Source of the DNA: an uncultured virus (IMG/VR IMGVR_UViG_3300035427_000001)
Lineage: Duplodnaviria; Heunggongvirae; Uroviricota; Caudoviricetes
Strand: one strand, 5' to 3'
IMG/VR virus record: IMGVR_UViG_3300035427_000001
Length of the DNA: 64,000 nt
Below, in pieces: positions 47,778 through 58,130 of the stretch. Numbering within the stretch: position 1 is the stretch's first letter; every line of letters begins with the position of its first letter. The notes under the pieces are model-generated. The model ran no database searches. It was not told the DNA's origin and saw only the letters and a program-made list of their open reading frames with translations. A program made the translations under genes and the position numbers.

Positions 47778-49619
47778 TTACCCCAAATTAAATACGTATT
47801 CATGAGTAATTGTTGCAGCCTTCTGAGTTATGTTGACTGTAAGCTCCCAACCATCCCCATCGTTTTCTGCTTGCCTTAATTTAATGGTACCTGACCTTGT
47901 TGATTCTACAGTATTCTCTGTTAAGGTTAAGGTTAACCCATAGTTTCCATTATCGCTAGATAACGTTGTAATGGCTACATTTGTAACCCAACTTGGTTTT
48001 GAAGTTACAGTTAAAGCCAAGGGATATCTTGTACTTATCTCAGAACCATTTATTACCTTAGTCTTAAAAGAATAGGCTACATCAACCGTAAAGTTATTAC
48101 CTCCCAAAGCTGACAACCCAGTTCTGGTAGTAGTTTTTGAACCAGTAGGAGAAGTGAAGGCCAAGTAGTAATTATAACTTACACTAGCACCACCCTGAGT
48201 AATATCTACATAATCAGAAGCCCCATCATAGTTAGCAAAGACTCTAACGGTTCTAGAACTGGTACTACTGTTTGAAGAAGCAGTAAGGGTAGTCCCAGAT
48301 AGACTAAATCCTGAGGTACCATTGGTACTTAAGGAGGGGTCAGCAGTATCATAGCCATCCCTTACTGTGTAACCAGAAGTATAATTTGAATATCGATCTC
48401 TACTTGCACTTGGATATAAAGTTACACTTCCTCCAGTATTAGAAATAGTGTATGAACTAGCAGTTAGAGTTACAGACCATGAACCATAAGAATAGCTCAA
48501 CCATTTATTTGCCTCTTGATATACTGGTACACTTACAGATTTGGTTTTACCATTTAGTGATAAGGTACCAGTAAGGACTCCTACCCGGGTTCTAGATTTA
48601 ACCGTAGTTCCCAAAGAACCTGCACTAACTGCAGTACCATAACTAATGCTAGCACCGCTTGTAATTGTGCCACCTCCAGTTGTAGAACCATTCCATCCCC
48701 AAGTCTGAGAATATGATGGCATACTTGAGAATGAACTTCTACTTCCTCCACTTGCAGGTATATCGGGTACACTTCCTCCACTTGCTGTAATCTCACTGTA
48801 AGTCCTATAACCTGCCGACTGAGAACAAGGTAGGGTTAACTTCTTCCCTGTTTCAGCTTGGGTTAAGGTTACCGTACCACTTCGTGTACTGGTAGAAGTA
48901 TTATTACCCATAGTTACAGAAGTACCACTTCCAGATACACTACCAGAGTTGGCTCTAGTATAAGTTAAAGCAATTTGGTTACCATAATCATGACCATTTC
49001 TCAATTCTTGCTTGTAAGAAGCAACGGTAAAGGTTTTAGTACCTCCAGTTGCCCCAAAAGATATAGAGGTAGGTGATAAACTCCAAGCATAACGCCAAGA
49101 TTGAGAGGCTGCTGCCTGATACCATTTGATAGTATAGGTTTTACCTGAACCTCGTTGTATGATAGTACCGTCAGTTTTAGACCTGGCAGTTAACTCAAGA
49201 TTCTCGGTAGCTCTCCAACCTGTACCGTCTGCCCAAGTTACCCAAGAAGGTCTGCCCGAATGACTATATGCAACACTCTCTACAGTACTAGTAGCTACAC
49301 CATCCCAATATTTAGTTCTAGTAGAAGTAGCCCCAAACCAAGGCTTCTCATTAGTAGGTTCTCCGCCTAAAGCCGAGAAATTCAAAGTATCTGTCCAAAG
49401 AGTAAAAGTATATTTCCAAGTTACCTTATGAATATCCTCTAACTTTACTGTTTCGTTATTTCCATAGGAACCGGCATTGGATAGTTCCAACCCCACATAA
49501 TTTTCCCCTGTTCCTGTAGGGGAGAGTGCTAACAATTCAGCCTTGGTAGGACAGTCATTACCATCCTTACCAAGGCCTACTTTACTTTTGACAGCACTCC
49601 AGGTTGCTATCTCTCCCAT
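47778..49619 (-). CDS. Ser/Thr/Gly-rich virion surface protein with repeated BACON/Ig-like modules
   Basis: Repeated F.A.GG, PSWVT, N.....RSGT....Q motifs. Confidence 0.75.
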   Translation of the reverse strand: MGEIATWSAVKSKVGLGKDGNDCPTKAELLALSPTGTGENYVGLELSNAGSYGNNETVKLEDIHKVTWKYTFTLWTDTLNFSALGGEPTNEKPWFGATSTRTKYWDGVATSTVESVAYSHSGRPSWVTWADGTGWRATENLELTARSKTDGTIIQRGSGKTYTIKWYQAAASQSWRYAWSLSPTSISFGATGGTKTFTVASYKQELRNGHDYGNQIALTYTRANSGSVSGSGTSVTMGNNTSTSTRSGTVTLTQAETGKKLTLPCSQSAGYRTYSEITASGGSVPDIPASGGSRSSFSSMPSYSQTWGWNGSTTGGGTITSGASISYGTAVSAGSLGTTVKSRTRVGVLTGTLSLNGKTKSVSVPVYQEANKWLSYSYGSWSVTLTASSYTISNTGGSVTLYPSASRDRYSNYTSGYTVRDGYDTADPSLSTNGTSGFSLSGTTLTASSNSSTSSRTVRVFANYDGASDYVDITQGGASVSYNYYLAFTSPTGSKTTTRTGLSALGGNNFTVDVAYSFKTKVINGSEISTRYPLALTVTSKPSWVTNVAITTLSSDNGNYGLTLTLTENTVESTRSGTIKLRQAENDGDGWELTVNITQKAATITHEYVFNLG

Positions 49620-49624
49620 AAGAT

Positions 49625-52600
49625 TTATTTGTTTTTAAGTTCCTGAATCTCTGCCTTCAAAGCCTTGATTTCATCGTAGAGAAGTTTAACACCTTCGATG
49701 GCCAAGGTTGACATCTTGTGATATTTAACTTGTTTTACGAGTACATACTCTTCTCCGTTGATTTCTAAGGTTTCGAATTCTTCTGGATTGGGTACCGTAG
49801 ATTTCTCTACTGGAACTTCTTCCACATATTTACCAAAGCCTAAGCCCTCGAGGTTCTGAGCAATAGTTCCCTCGTCCTCTTTACCAAGCATTTCGAATGA
49901 CTTGGTTGGTATCTGACAAATCTGTTCCAGAGTATGATTCAAATCTTTAACATTAGATTTGAGTCGAATATCTGAAGATTCTTTGAAGAAACCAGAAGGA
50001 GCCGTGGTCTTAGCAAATACTACCCGGTCAGTAGTTGCCAATCCCAATTGAGCTCTAGTTACTGTATGAGGATTATCCTTTCTACCTGCATGGCCATTGA
50101 TAGAAGTTTGAGCAGCAGTACCTGCAGCCTTAGCATCGGCAATAGCAGCAGCCTGAGCAGTAGATACTGGCTTATTTGCATCCGAAGTATTGGAAGCATT
50201 ACCCAAACCAACCTGGGATTTGGTAACTGTATGAGGATTAGATTTATTGGCAATATGGTTATTTACCTTAGTTTCCAATGCAGTTACATCTGAACCTGTA
50301 TCGGAGATTTGATTATCAATATAGGTTTTTAATTCTGTACGAAGAGCATTGATGGCATTAGTTCTATTGGTAATCTCATTTGCCAACCCCTGTACGGTAT
50401 TATCCAAGTTAGTCTTATCTACTGCAGTCATTACACCTGCAGTAGTCTTACTTGCTGCAAGTATATCTCTAATTAAATCTGTAGCAACTTCATAAGTCTT
50501 ACCATCTGCCCTCTTAGTTTTATTATGAAGAGTAGCTCTTACATAAGTTGGATTATGGGTAAGAGTGAATCCAGTAAGAATAATTCCTGGAAGAGAACTA
50601 TTAAAGGTATCATGAGCATTATCTTTTGCAATACGGGCCTCTTGTTCAGCTTCAATAGCATCTGGTAAGGTTTGATTAAGCTTTATTACACTATCGGCAT
50701 CCATCAGACCAGCTTCTTGAGTAGTGGCTGGGGTTAGAGGGATTACCATCCCATCGGGTTTATCAATGTAATGCCCTTGACCATCCGTAGCAGAATAGTT
50801 ACATAAGATAGTAATATTACGCTTATTTCTGGTAGCTATTGAAACCTTACTAATTAAATTTTTAGGCATGCTAGATACCACATCCTCAAGATGCTTACCT
50901 CTACTACCTTCGAAAGCAGTACCTGCGATTTCCCCAATGATAAGAGACGAAGTATTACTGTCTACGAATTTAGTACCTGACCAACGGAATTGGTATGGAG
51001 GTTCACCATCGGCAACATTTATATAAATCTTACCAGATTCTCCAACTACGGGAGTTTGGTGACCTGCATCCGTATACAATTGAACATTAGTAAGACCTCC
51101 AGTGGGGCTTACATCATAGGTAGCATATACTTCAAGTACATCATCTACATATGAAGGCAAATGGTTAGCAGGTACTAACCCATTCCCATCCAAGGGAGCA
51201 AAGCCATCAGCCTTACCCTTAGTTGCTACAAAGGCATCATGCTTAGCTTCTAGAGTGTTAATGTTATTCTGCAGTTTATTATCAAGGGCAGTATCTGCCG
51301 CAGTCCTATCAGCAATCTCTTTATCAATCCTTGCACCCAATGCAGTATCAGCAGAAGTACGAGCAGTTGCTTCATCATTTACAGCTTTAGTAAACTTGGT
51401 ATCTAAAGCAGTATCTGCAGCTTTTCTATCAGCTACTTCTTGAGCAAGAGCGGCTTCTGATTTACCGTCCAAAGCTTCGATAGCATCTTTACGGTCCTGA
51501 ACCTCTTGAGCAATAGCATTGGGTAATGTCTCATCCAGATTAACTTTATCTTGGGCGGTCATTACACCAGCAGCAGTTTTGGTTGCTGCAGGGATATAAG
51601 TAGTCTTATAATCTTCAGGCTCATGAGTATAAATACCCTCTTCTTTTTTAGAAGAGAAATTATGAGTTAAAGTAACATGACTGCTTTGTTGACCTACCTC
51701 AACTGGTTTATCACCAGATAAGATAATAATATTATCTGGTATAGAATCAAACAGCTTCTTATCTGCTGCAGTTTGTACACCAGCTTTCTCTGCAGTAGAG
51801 GCAGGCAATGTAATAGGATTCTGTTCTACTGTACCATCTTCAACTACGGTCTTAGTAGCAGCTATGCCAACAGTAGTTTCATTGGGAGTTACTGCACCAA
51901 GAGCAAAGTTAGCCGTAGAGATTCTATCTAACTCAACCTTATCCTTAGCAGTCATCGTACCAGCCTTAGTAGCCGATACCTGAGGCAAATCGAAAGTTTC
52001 GGTAGTATCAGCATTCAAACCATTATCCTTAGTTACCGTTACCGTTACCTTATTAGCATCTGAAGCTGCAGAGATATCCGTCAGAGAATTGGGGTCTAAC
52101 CCATCTAACTTAACCTTGTCTGCTGCAGACATAACTCCTGCAAGAGTTTGAGTTACCGGGAGTAAGTTCTTGGTAGCTTCTACTTCTTCACCATATTGGT
52201 TATTTGCCTTATCCTTGGTTGAAGTCTTTACTTTGAAAGAAAGCTGAGTACCTGTTCGGGTTACAGTACTAACATCGGTAACCATGGTATCAGGCAAAGC
52301 ATCAGAAGTACCTTCTTCAGCTACCAGTCTTTCTTCATGGTCATTGGTAATGTTAGTGAACTTATTATCTAAGGCAGTATCAGCATCGGTTCTGTCCAGA
52401 ATTTCTTTATCGATACGTTTACCCAAAGCTGTATCGGCAGCAATACGGGCAGCTTCTTCTGCATCGATGTTATCCTGGAGAACTTTATCTGCGGCCTTTC
52501 TTTCCTCTCTCTCTGTATTTAAGTCAGAAGTATTCTGGTCAATCTTTGCTTCTAATCGAATATCCTCAGCCTTACGAGCAGCGATTTCATTATTCAGCAA

Positions 52601-55600
52601 ATCGGTAATGGCAGTATAGTTACCATTAATGTTATCCTGAATACCCTGAATCAATTCCAGATTACGTTGAATATTAGCAGCATTCTGAGTTACCAGAGCA
52701 TTGGTAGCATTCAAGGAAGTTAACAGCTCCGTACGAGTTTCAGTTACGAAAGTTCTCAACTCATTTACCGTAGTAGTAAGAGTATTACTTAAGTTAGTGA
52801 AAGTCTGTTGCAGAGTATTATCTCCTTGTTCACGCAGATTCTTTTCAGCTTCAAGCTTATTCTCCAACTCAGTAAGCTTAGCAGTCATAGTTGCTGCAAA
52901 GTTGGGGTCATCACCGAGAGCCTTAGCAATCTCGGCCAAAGTATCAAGTACCTCTGGAGCAGAGCCAATAATCTTTTGGATAGCTGCCTCTACTTGTTCA
53001 GCACTCTGGAAATCTGAATCGTTTAATAACTCAGATACCTTAGTGATGTAATTTGCATGTTCTTCGATGCCATCCAACTTGGCATATAGCAAGTCAGTAA
53101 AGTCATTTGAAGAAAGTACTTTACCGTCTACCTTATCTACCTTCTTTCCATCCATTGCCTGGTCAGCAGCAATTCGATCTGCTTTTTCCTGAGCAATAGC
53201 ATTATTAATAAGGGTATCTTGGTTAGCACGTTCTGTAGCTTCCTTATCGATATTATTCTGTAACTCAGTATCACCAGCTAAGCGGTCATTCTTTTCGGTA
53301 AGTATATTTTGGTTGATACCCGCCATATCATCTTTATGGTTCTGAAGGTTGGTATCAATCTTTGCCTCAAGTGAAGTCTCTTTGGCAATTGCTCGGTCTT
53401 TCTCTGCATTAATAGCAGTAGTATTAGCATTTACCTTTGCTTTTAATTCATTCATAGCATCGGTATTACCTGCCTCTAGAGAATCAATACGAACTCCCAA
53501 AGCATTATCACCAGCAATACGGTTTTCCTTTTCTTGTTCAAGCTTAGTATTAAGGCTAGCTACCTCAGATTCCAAAGCCTGCTTAGCATTATCCAATTTA
53601 GCCGTAAACTCAGTACTCAAGGCTTTATCGGCTGCAGTACGGTCTGCTGCTTCTTTATCCAAATTTACCTGAAGAACTTGGTCTGCAGCTTTTCTTTCTA
53701 CACTCTCAGTATTAAGGTCAATGTTGAGAGTATCGATACGAGAACTCAAAGCACTATCAGCATTGGTACGGTCAACTATTTCCCCGTTAATCATATCCTT
53801 AACTTCCTTGTAGTTATCCCCTACAGTCTTAGTTAAGTTTGTGATTGCCTCTGAATTTCTTTCGATATTATGTTGGTTAGTAGCGATTGCCGTAGTATTG
53901 GCATTTACCTGCTCGGTAAGCTCATTACGCAAGGTATTGATAGACTCTTGCATACTCAAAGCCAAGTCTGAGATACGCTGGTTAACATTAGCCAAACTTT
54001 GAGTATATGCTTCATCGGCAGTCTTTCTTTCGGCAATCTCTTTATCCAAGTTAGCCTGAATTGTGGTATCGGCATCTTTACGGTCTTGGATTTCCTTGTT
54101 AAGGTTATCCCTTACAACCCCGAGTGCAGCATCTCCAGTAGCAGACTTATTGTCTACGTATTCTTTCAGTTTAGTTTCAAGGGCAGTATCTGCATCCTTA
54201 CGAGCTTGAACTTCAGCAGCTACTTCAGCACTGTTTGCCTCATCCCCTGCAATACGGTCTTCGATTTCTTGGTTAACCTGTTCTGTAATTGCAGCCAACT
54301 TCCTAGTCATAGTTGCTGCAAAGTTGGGGTCATTTCCAAGGGCATCAGCAATTTCCTTAAGAGTATCAAGTACTTCAGGTGCTGAACCAATAATCTTTTG
54401 GATAGCCGCATTTACTTCCTCTTCAGTTTGGAAACCGGCATCATTGATAAGCTGAGAGAGATGGGTAATATAGTTTGCCTTCTCTTCAATTCCATCAAGC
54501 TTAGCTTTGAGGATATCAGTAAAGTCATTCTTGGTCAAAGAATAACCTTCACGTTTATCTACCTTCTTAGCATCAAGGTCTTTATCACCTTTTTCTCTAG
54601 CAGCAGCCTCGGCAGCAATAGCATTAAGCAATTGTTCTTTGTCTTCTACACCCTGCTCTTTTATATCCTCGATTTTGTGTTCGAGAACTAAATCCTGAGC
54701 AGCACGAGTAGTGGCCTCTGAATCTATATTGTTCTGTAATACCTGGTCTGCAGCAGTACGTGCTTGAGCTTCCTGGTCAATCTTACCTTGAAGAGCATTG
54801 TCTGCATTAGTACGGTCTGTTACCTCTTTAGAGATTTCATTATGAAGAACTTGGTCCTCAGAATGACGGTCTACCTTCTCTTGGTCAATTTTACCTTGAA
54901 GAGCTAAAGTATCAGCCTGACGATTAGTGATTTCCTCGTTAATCTTAGAATCCAGTACAGTATCTGCATTTGTACGATTTGCAGTTTCTTCGGCAATCTT
55001 TGCCTCGAGTGCGGACTTATCATTGATATGTAGGGTCTTAAGGTCATTTACACTTTCCTTAATCTCATTATCGGCAGCAATACGTTCATCTTTTTCCTTT
55101 TGGATAAGGTCCTTAAGTTCTTTCTCAAGTTCACCATTATCTTGATTTACCTTATCTTCAAGGTCTTTGATATCTTCAGCATTCTTATCTACCTTCTTCT
55201 CAACTCTGTCAATTTCGGCTTTTAAGTCTGCCTTAACGGTATCAATCTTCTTATTGATTTGGTCTAACCCATATTGGAGGTTATCCTGAACTGCTGCTAC
55301 TGCAGCACCCAGAGCAGCTTCGGCTTCCTTAGCACGATTAACCTCTTCGGTTAAAGCAGTACGAAGGTCGGTTAATTTATTAGTGATAGTAGTTGCAAAG
55401 TTGGGGTCATTGCCCAATGCTTCTGCCAACTCTTTAAGAGTATCAAGGGCATCATCAGCACCATCAACCAAATCACTAATCATCTGTTTAACTTCTTCCT
55501 CGGTTTGATATTTCAAATCATTCTCAAGCTGAGAAACTTTAGTGATATAATTTGCATGTTCTTCGATGCCATCAAGTTTAGCCTTCAACTCATCGGTAAA

Positions 55601-55777
55601 ATCATTTTTCGATAAGTCGTATCCTTCTTTCTTATCTACCTTATTCTTGATAGAAAGTACGAAGGCCCAGAACTCATTTATAGTTCCTCCAAAGCCAGCT
55701 TTAACAAAGTCATCATAGTAACCCTGTAATAATCGCTGGTCTATTTCTTCGCAGGTATAATACTTACTTACATACAT
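49625..55777 (-). CDS. Long coiled-coil fibre protein (2050 aa) with a C-terminal intramolecular chaperone (peptidase S74-like)
   Basis: E...R..AD..L heptad repeats, LDTL.E.A.ALG.DPNFA x3, NPH.VT..Q.GL x2, SDIRLKSNVKDL cleavage motif. Confidence 0.85.
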   Translation of the reverse strand: MYVSKYYTCEEIDQRLLQGYYDDFVKAGFGGTINEFWAFVLSIKNKVDKKEGYDLSKNDFTDELKAKLDGIEEHANYITKVSQLENDLKYQTEEEVKQMISDLVDGADDALDTLKELAEALGNDPNFATTITNKLTDLRTALTEEVNRAKEAEAALGAAVAAVQDNLQYGLDQINKKIDTVKADLKAEIDRVEKKVDKNAEDIKDLEDKVNQDNGELEKELKDLIQKEKDERIAADNEIKESVNDLKTLHINDKSALEAKIAEETANRTNADTVLDSKINEEITNRQADTLALQGKIDQEKVDRHSEDQVLHNEISKEVTDRTNADNALQGKIDQEAQARTAADQVLQNNIDSEATTRAAQDLVLEHKIEDIKEQGVEDKEQLLNAIAAEAAAREKGDKDLDAKKVDKREGYSLTKNDFTDILKAKLDGIEEKANYITHLSQLINDAGFQTEEEVNAAIQKIIGSAPEVLDTLKEIADALGNDPNFAATMTRKLAAITEQVNQEIEDRIAGDEANSAEVAAEVQARKDADTALETKLKEYVDNKSATGDAALGVVRDNLNKEIQDRKDADTTIQANLDKEIAERKTADEAYTQSLANVNQRISDLALSMQESINTLRNELTEQVNANTTAIATNQHNIERNSEAITNLTKTVGDNYKEVKDMINGEIVDRTNADSALSSRIDTLNIDLNTESVERKAADQVLQVNLDKEAADRTAADKALSTEFTAKLDNAKQALESEVASLNTKLEQEKENRIAGDNALGVRIDSLEAGNTDAMNELKAKVNANTTAINAEKDRAIAKETSLEAKIDTNLQNHKDDMAGINQNILTEKNDRLAGDTELQNNIDKEATERANQDTLINNAIAQEKADRIAADQAMDGKKVDKVDGKVLSSNDFTDLLYAKLDGIEEHANYITKVSELLNDSDFQSAEQVEAAIQKIIGSAPEVLDTLAEIAKALGDDPNFAATMTAKLTELENKLEAEKNLREQGDNTLQQTFTNLSNTLTTTVNELRTFVTETRTELLTSLNATNALVTQNAANIQRNLELIQGIQDNINGNYTAITDLLNNEIAARKAEDIRLEAKIDQNTSDLNTEREERKAADKVLQDNIDAEEAARIAADTALGKRIDKEILDRTDADTALDNKFTNITNDHEERLVAEEGTSDALPDTMVTDVSTVTRTGTQLSFKVKTSTKDKANNQYGEEVEATKNLLPVTQTLAGVMSAADKVKLDGLDPNSLTDISAASDANKVTVTVTKDNGLNADTTETFDLPQVSATKAGTMTAKDKVELDRISTANFALGAVTPNETTVGIAATKTVVEDGTVEQNPITLPASTAEKAGVQTAADKKLFDSIPDNIIILSGDKPVEVGQQSSHVTLTHNFSSKKEEGIYTHEPEDYKTTYIPAATKTAAGVMTAQDKVNLDETLPNAIAQEVQDRKDAIEALDGKSEAALAQEVADRKAADTALDTKFTKAVNDEATARTSADTALGARIDKEIADRTAADTALDNKLQNNINTLEAKHDAFVATKGKADGFAPLDGNGLVPANHLPSYVDDVLEVYATYDVSPTGGLTNVQLYTDAGHQTPVVGESGKIYINVADGEPPYQFRWSGTKFVDSNTSSLIIGEIAGTAFEGSRGKHLEDVVSSMPKNLISKVSIATRNKRNITILCNYSATDGQGHYIDKPDGMVIPLTPATTQEAGLMDADSVIKLNQTLPDAIEAEQEARIAKDNAHDTFNSSLPGIILTGFTLTHNPTYVRATLHNKTKRADGKTYEVATDLIRDILAASKTTAGVMTAVDKTNLDNTVQGLANEITNRTNAINALRTELKTYIDNQISDTGSDVTALETKVNNHIANKSNPHTVTKSQVGLGNASNTSDANKPVSTAQAAAIADAKAAGTAAQTSINGHAGRKDNPHTVTRAQLGLATTDRVVFAKTTAPSGFFKESSDIRLKSNVKDLNHTLEQICQIPTKSFEMLGKEDEGTIAQNLEGLGFGKYVEEVPVEKSTVPNPEEFETLEINGEEYVLVKQVKYHKMSTLAIEGVKLLYDEIKALKAEIQELKNK
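52865..55650 (-). repeat. Three internal copies of a roughly 90-aa module in the fibre gene
   Basis: KVDK..G..L..NDFTD...AKLDGIEE.ANYIT...LDTL.E.A.ALG.DPNFA at about 55370-55650, 54295-54570 and 52865-53150. Confidence 0.85.
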
Positions 55778-55789
55778 ATTTTATAAAAT

Positions 55790-56215
55790 TTAGGGATTAA
55801 TTACTGCATGTTGACGACCCAGTAAGAATTCAGAATCGATATCCCTGAATGGTTCTCCCTCTGAACCACAGAAGGCATTCATTGGTACATCCGGATTTTC
55901 GGGGTCTACATCTCCACCGTCCTCAATATCTCCCCGTATGCAAGCATAATCAGGAAGCCTATTTACACGGAACTTTATTACCTGGCCTATACCAGGATGA
56001 GGTATTATTTTATCCCAGATATCCCCGAAGTAATCTTGAAAGCAGGTGACAAATTTGTTTCCGGTCATCGATTGAAATGCCGTTACATCATTGCCATTAC
56101 CTTTCATTTCAATATGAACTCCAGAGGTACCATTGAGGATAACCAGATTACTATCAAACCAAATTCCACTGTTTGTAGTAATTGGTGTCCACCTCAGTAC
56201 TAACATCTTTGCCAT
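55790..56215 (-). CDS. Hypothetical structural protein
   Basis: 141-aa ORF in the virion operon. Confidence 0.7.
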   Translation of the reverse strand: MAKMLVLRWTPITTNSGIWFDSNLVILNGTSGVHIEMKGNGNDVTAFQSMTGNKFVTCFQDYFGDIWDKIIPHPGIGQVIKFRVNRLPDYACIRGDIEDGGDVDPENPDVPMNAFCGSEGEPFRDIDSEFLLGRQHAVINP

Positions 56216-56226
56216 ATACTTTATTT

Positions 56227-56703
56227 TTATTCTACAAATTCAACTTTGGTATCTCGGTCTCTCTTTAGGATAATCATGAAAACTAAAGCCTCATCCTTTG
56301 CCTGAGCCGTCTGAGTATCTCCAGAAGGCTTATACGTTATACCATTAATTACAAACCTATCTTGTTCCCAATTAAAATCCCAATAACCTTCCGGTGTAAG
56401 ATAACCGATTTGTTCTATATAAGATTTAGAAATTAGTATTGATAAGTTTTCATCATCCAATTCTCCTGAAATAGTTGCCTTATTGATAGGCCAGTTTCTG
56501 AAAGCATTGTAGTAACATAATGCCTCGATTTGGATGTTATAATATTTAGGTATACTGTCTTCGGCATGACTGAGAAGCTGATTAACATGTTTGGCCCAGG
56601 TTATGGATTGCCTACCAGCATCCCAATCTAAGAAGTCGGTGATAATTTTCTTGTATCTATCCCAAGAGCGGTTCTTTACCATTCTCCAGGGTTCTTTTGT
56701 CAT
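56227..56703 (-). CDS. Putative head closure / neck protein
   Basis: DRFVINGITYK beta pattern; position after the adaptor gene. Confidence 0.5.
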   Translation of the reverse strand: MTKEPWRMVKNRSWDRYKKIITDFLDWDAGRQSITWAKHVNQLLSHAEDSIPKYYNIQIEALCYYNAFRNWPINKATISGELDDENLSILISKSYIEQIGYLTPEGYWDFNWEQDRFVINGITYKPSGDTQTAQAKDEALVFMIILKRDRDTKVEFVE

Positions 56704-57596
56704 AACTTAGTTAGAATTGATTTCTTACCACCTTTCACTGGAGCACTTGGATTTGGCCCATCTAATACTCCAGGTTGCCTTCTGTTAACTACTTTAGGAA
56801 CTACGGTTCTGAATACTTCATCACAGAACGGTAAGTAGATTTCCAATCGTGAAGCTAACATACAAAGGTTCTTCCTTAATTCATCTATTAATCCACCTGG
56901 TTGCATTGCTTGAGAAAGTGTTTTCCATAGGGAACTTGTGGCATCTGCCAAGGTATCATAATATTGCACTTCAGTAGGCCCAGTAGTGATTTGTTTAATC
57001 CTATCACCTCGGGCAAGTTCGGGTTTAGAAGTACCATCACCAGTTTGTTCTTTGGTAGAAGTTAATTGACTTAGGTATTCTGAAGTACTTGTTAATAGAT
57101 TAAGTATCTTCACATTGAGAAAGTCCCATGCTGCCAATTCCATTATTAATTGGTTTTCTAGTGCTTCATACCATAATTCATCAGTATACTTATCTGCAGG
57201 AATTTGGTGATTTACTAGAGGACCAATATAATATTGCCATTTGGTGATGTAGATAGATTTATCTTCCCTGGTCATTCCCTCTGATATCTCTGAAGGAATA
57301 TAGTGGTCGATTAAGTTATATATTGTATCGGCTAATGCCGTATGACCATAATCACAAACTACCAGAGTCTTATCTACGGTGATATCTAAACCATTAGAGT
57401 TGGTTACATGTAGGGTTACTGTATAGAAACCGGGAGTTTCATAAGAATAGGAAACATGTCTTCCACCATTGAAAACCTCTCCCTTATCATCGCCAAAGTC
57501 CCAGTCAAAAATGGATTTGGCCGGGACTTTGGATATGACTCTGAATGAAACTTCCAGACCTGACGTAACGTACAAAAAGTCCAGATTGTTATTCAT
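56700..57596 (-). CDS. PKD-domain protein, putative head-tail adaptor
   Basis: WDFGD...YSYETPGFYTVTLHVTN PKD signature; IKQITTGPTEVQY adaptor-like hairpin. Confidence 0.75.
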   Translation of the reverse strand: MNNNLDFLYVTSGLEVSFRVISKVPAKSIFDWDFGDDKGEVFNGGRHVSYSYETPGFYTVTLHVTNSNGLDITVDKTLVVCDYGHTALADTIYNLIDHYIPSEISEGMTREDKSIYITKWQYYIGPLVNHQIPADKYTDELWYEALENQLIMELAAWDFLNVKILNLLTSTSEYLSQLTSTKEQTGDGTSKPELARGDRIKQITTGPTEVQYYDTLADATSSLWKTLSQAMQPGGLIDELRKNLCMLASRLEIYLPFCDEVFRTVVPKVVNRRQPGVLDGPNPSAPVKGGKKSILTKL

Positions 57597-57625
57597 ATTA
57601 GTCTGTCTTATGTAATTTTCATATA

Positions 57626-58027
57626 TTACCCTTTAGAAGAGGATTCGAATTCTTCCAGCAAAGCCTGAATAAGTGTTTCTACTGTATCATCTTTCTCGGC
57701 AACGATTTCATGAAGACCTGCTACCAGTTTCAGTTCTTCCAGGGAATAGCCCTTTGCAAGTTTTTCAAGAGTCATGCCTTTCTTGAACTGAGCATTCAGT
57801 CTCTTATCCAACTTTTCGATGTCGGCCTCTGAATACTTTTCGATTTCTGATTTATCAGCAATGATAATCAGATGGCCAGAGGCAATTGCCTTCTGAATCT
57901 TTGGTGCACGGAATTGACGACGAGAGAGTTCCTTGTCTTCTCCTCTACAAACGGTAATACCAGTTGATTGGTCATGAAAACTGTAAGCTCTTGGTCCCAC
58001 AGTTACTGTATATTTATCTTTAGCCAT
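57626..58027 (-). CDS. Hypothetical protein downstream of the capsid gene
   Basis: 133-aa ORF with a short helical C-terminal motif. Confidence 0.7.
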   Translation of the reverse strand: MAKDKYTVTVGPRAYSFHDQSTGITVCRGEDKELSRRQFRAPKIQKAIASGHLIIIADKSEIEKYSEADIEKLDKRLNAQFKKGMTLEKLAKGYSLEELKLVAGLHEIVAEKDDTVETLIQALLEEFESSSKG

Positions 58028-58056
58028 ATTTCCTGAGATTTAAAAATTAAAAATGA

Positions 58057-58095
58057 TTAAAGAGAGGATAGGTCTTTTTAGTTACCTACCCTCTC
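58057..58095 (-). terminator. Intrinsic terminator after the major capsid gene
   Basis: Minus strand GAGAGGGTAGGT...ACCTATCCTCTC followed by TTT. Confidence 0.65.
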
Positions 58096-58130
58096 AGGGA
58101 ATTTATATAGATGAAACCGGACGTCCCTTA

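Noticed and set aside
45182..55777. Diversity-generating retroelement or invertible fibre cassette
   Set aside because: No reverse transcriptase, invertase or near-identical template/variable repeat pair seen; the repeats are diverged in-frame protein modules
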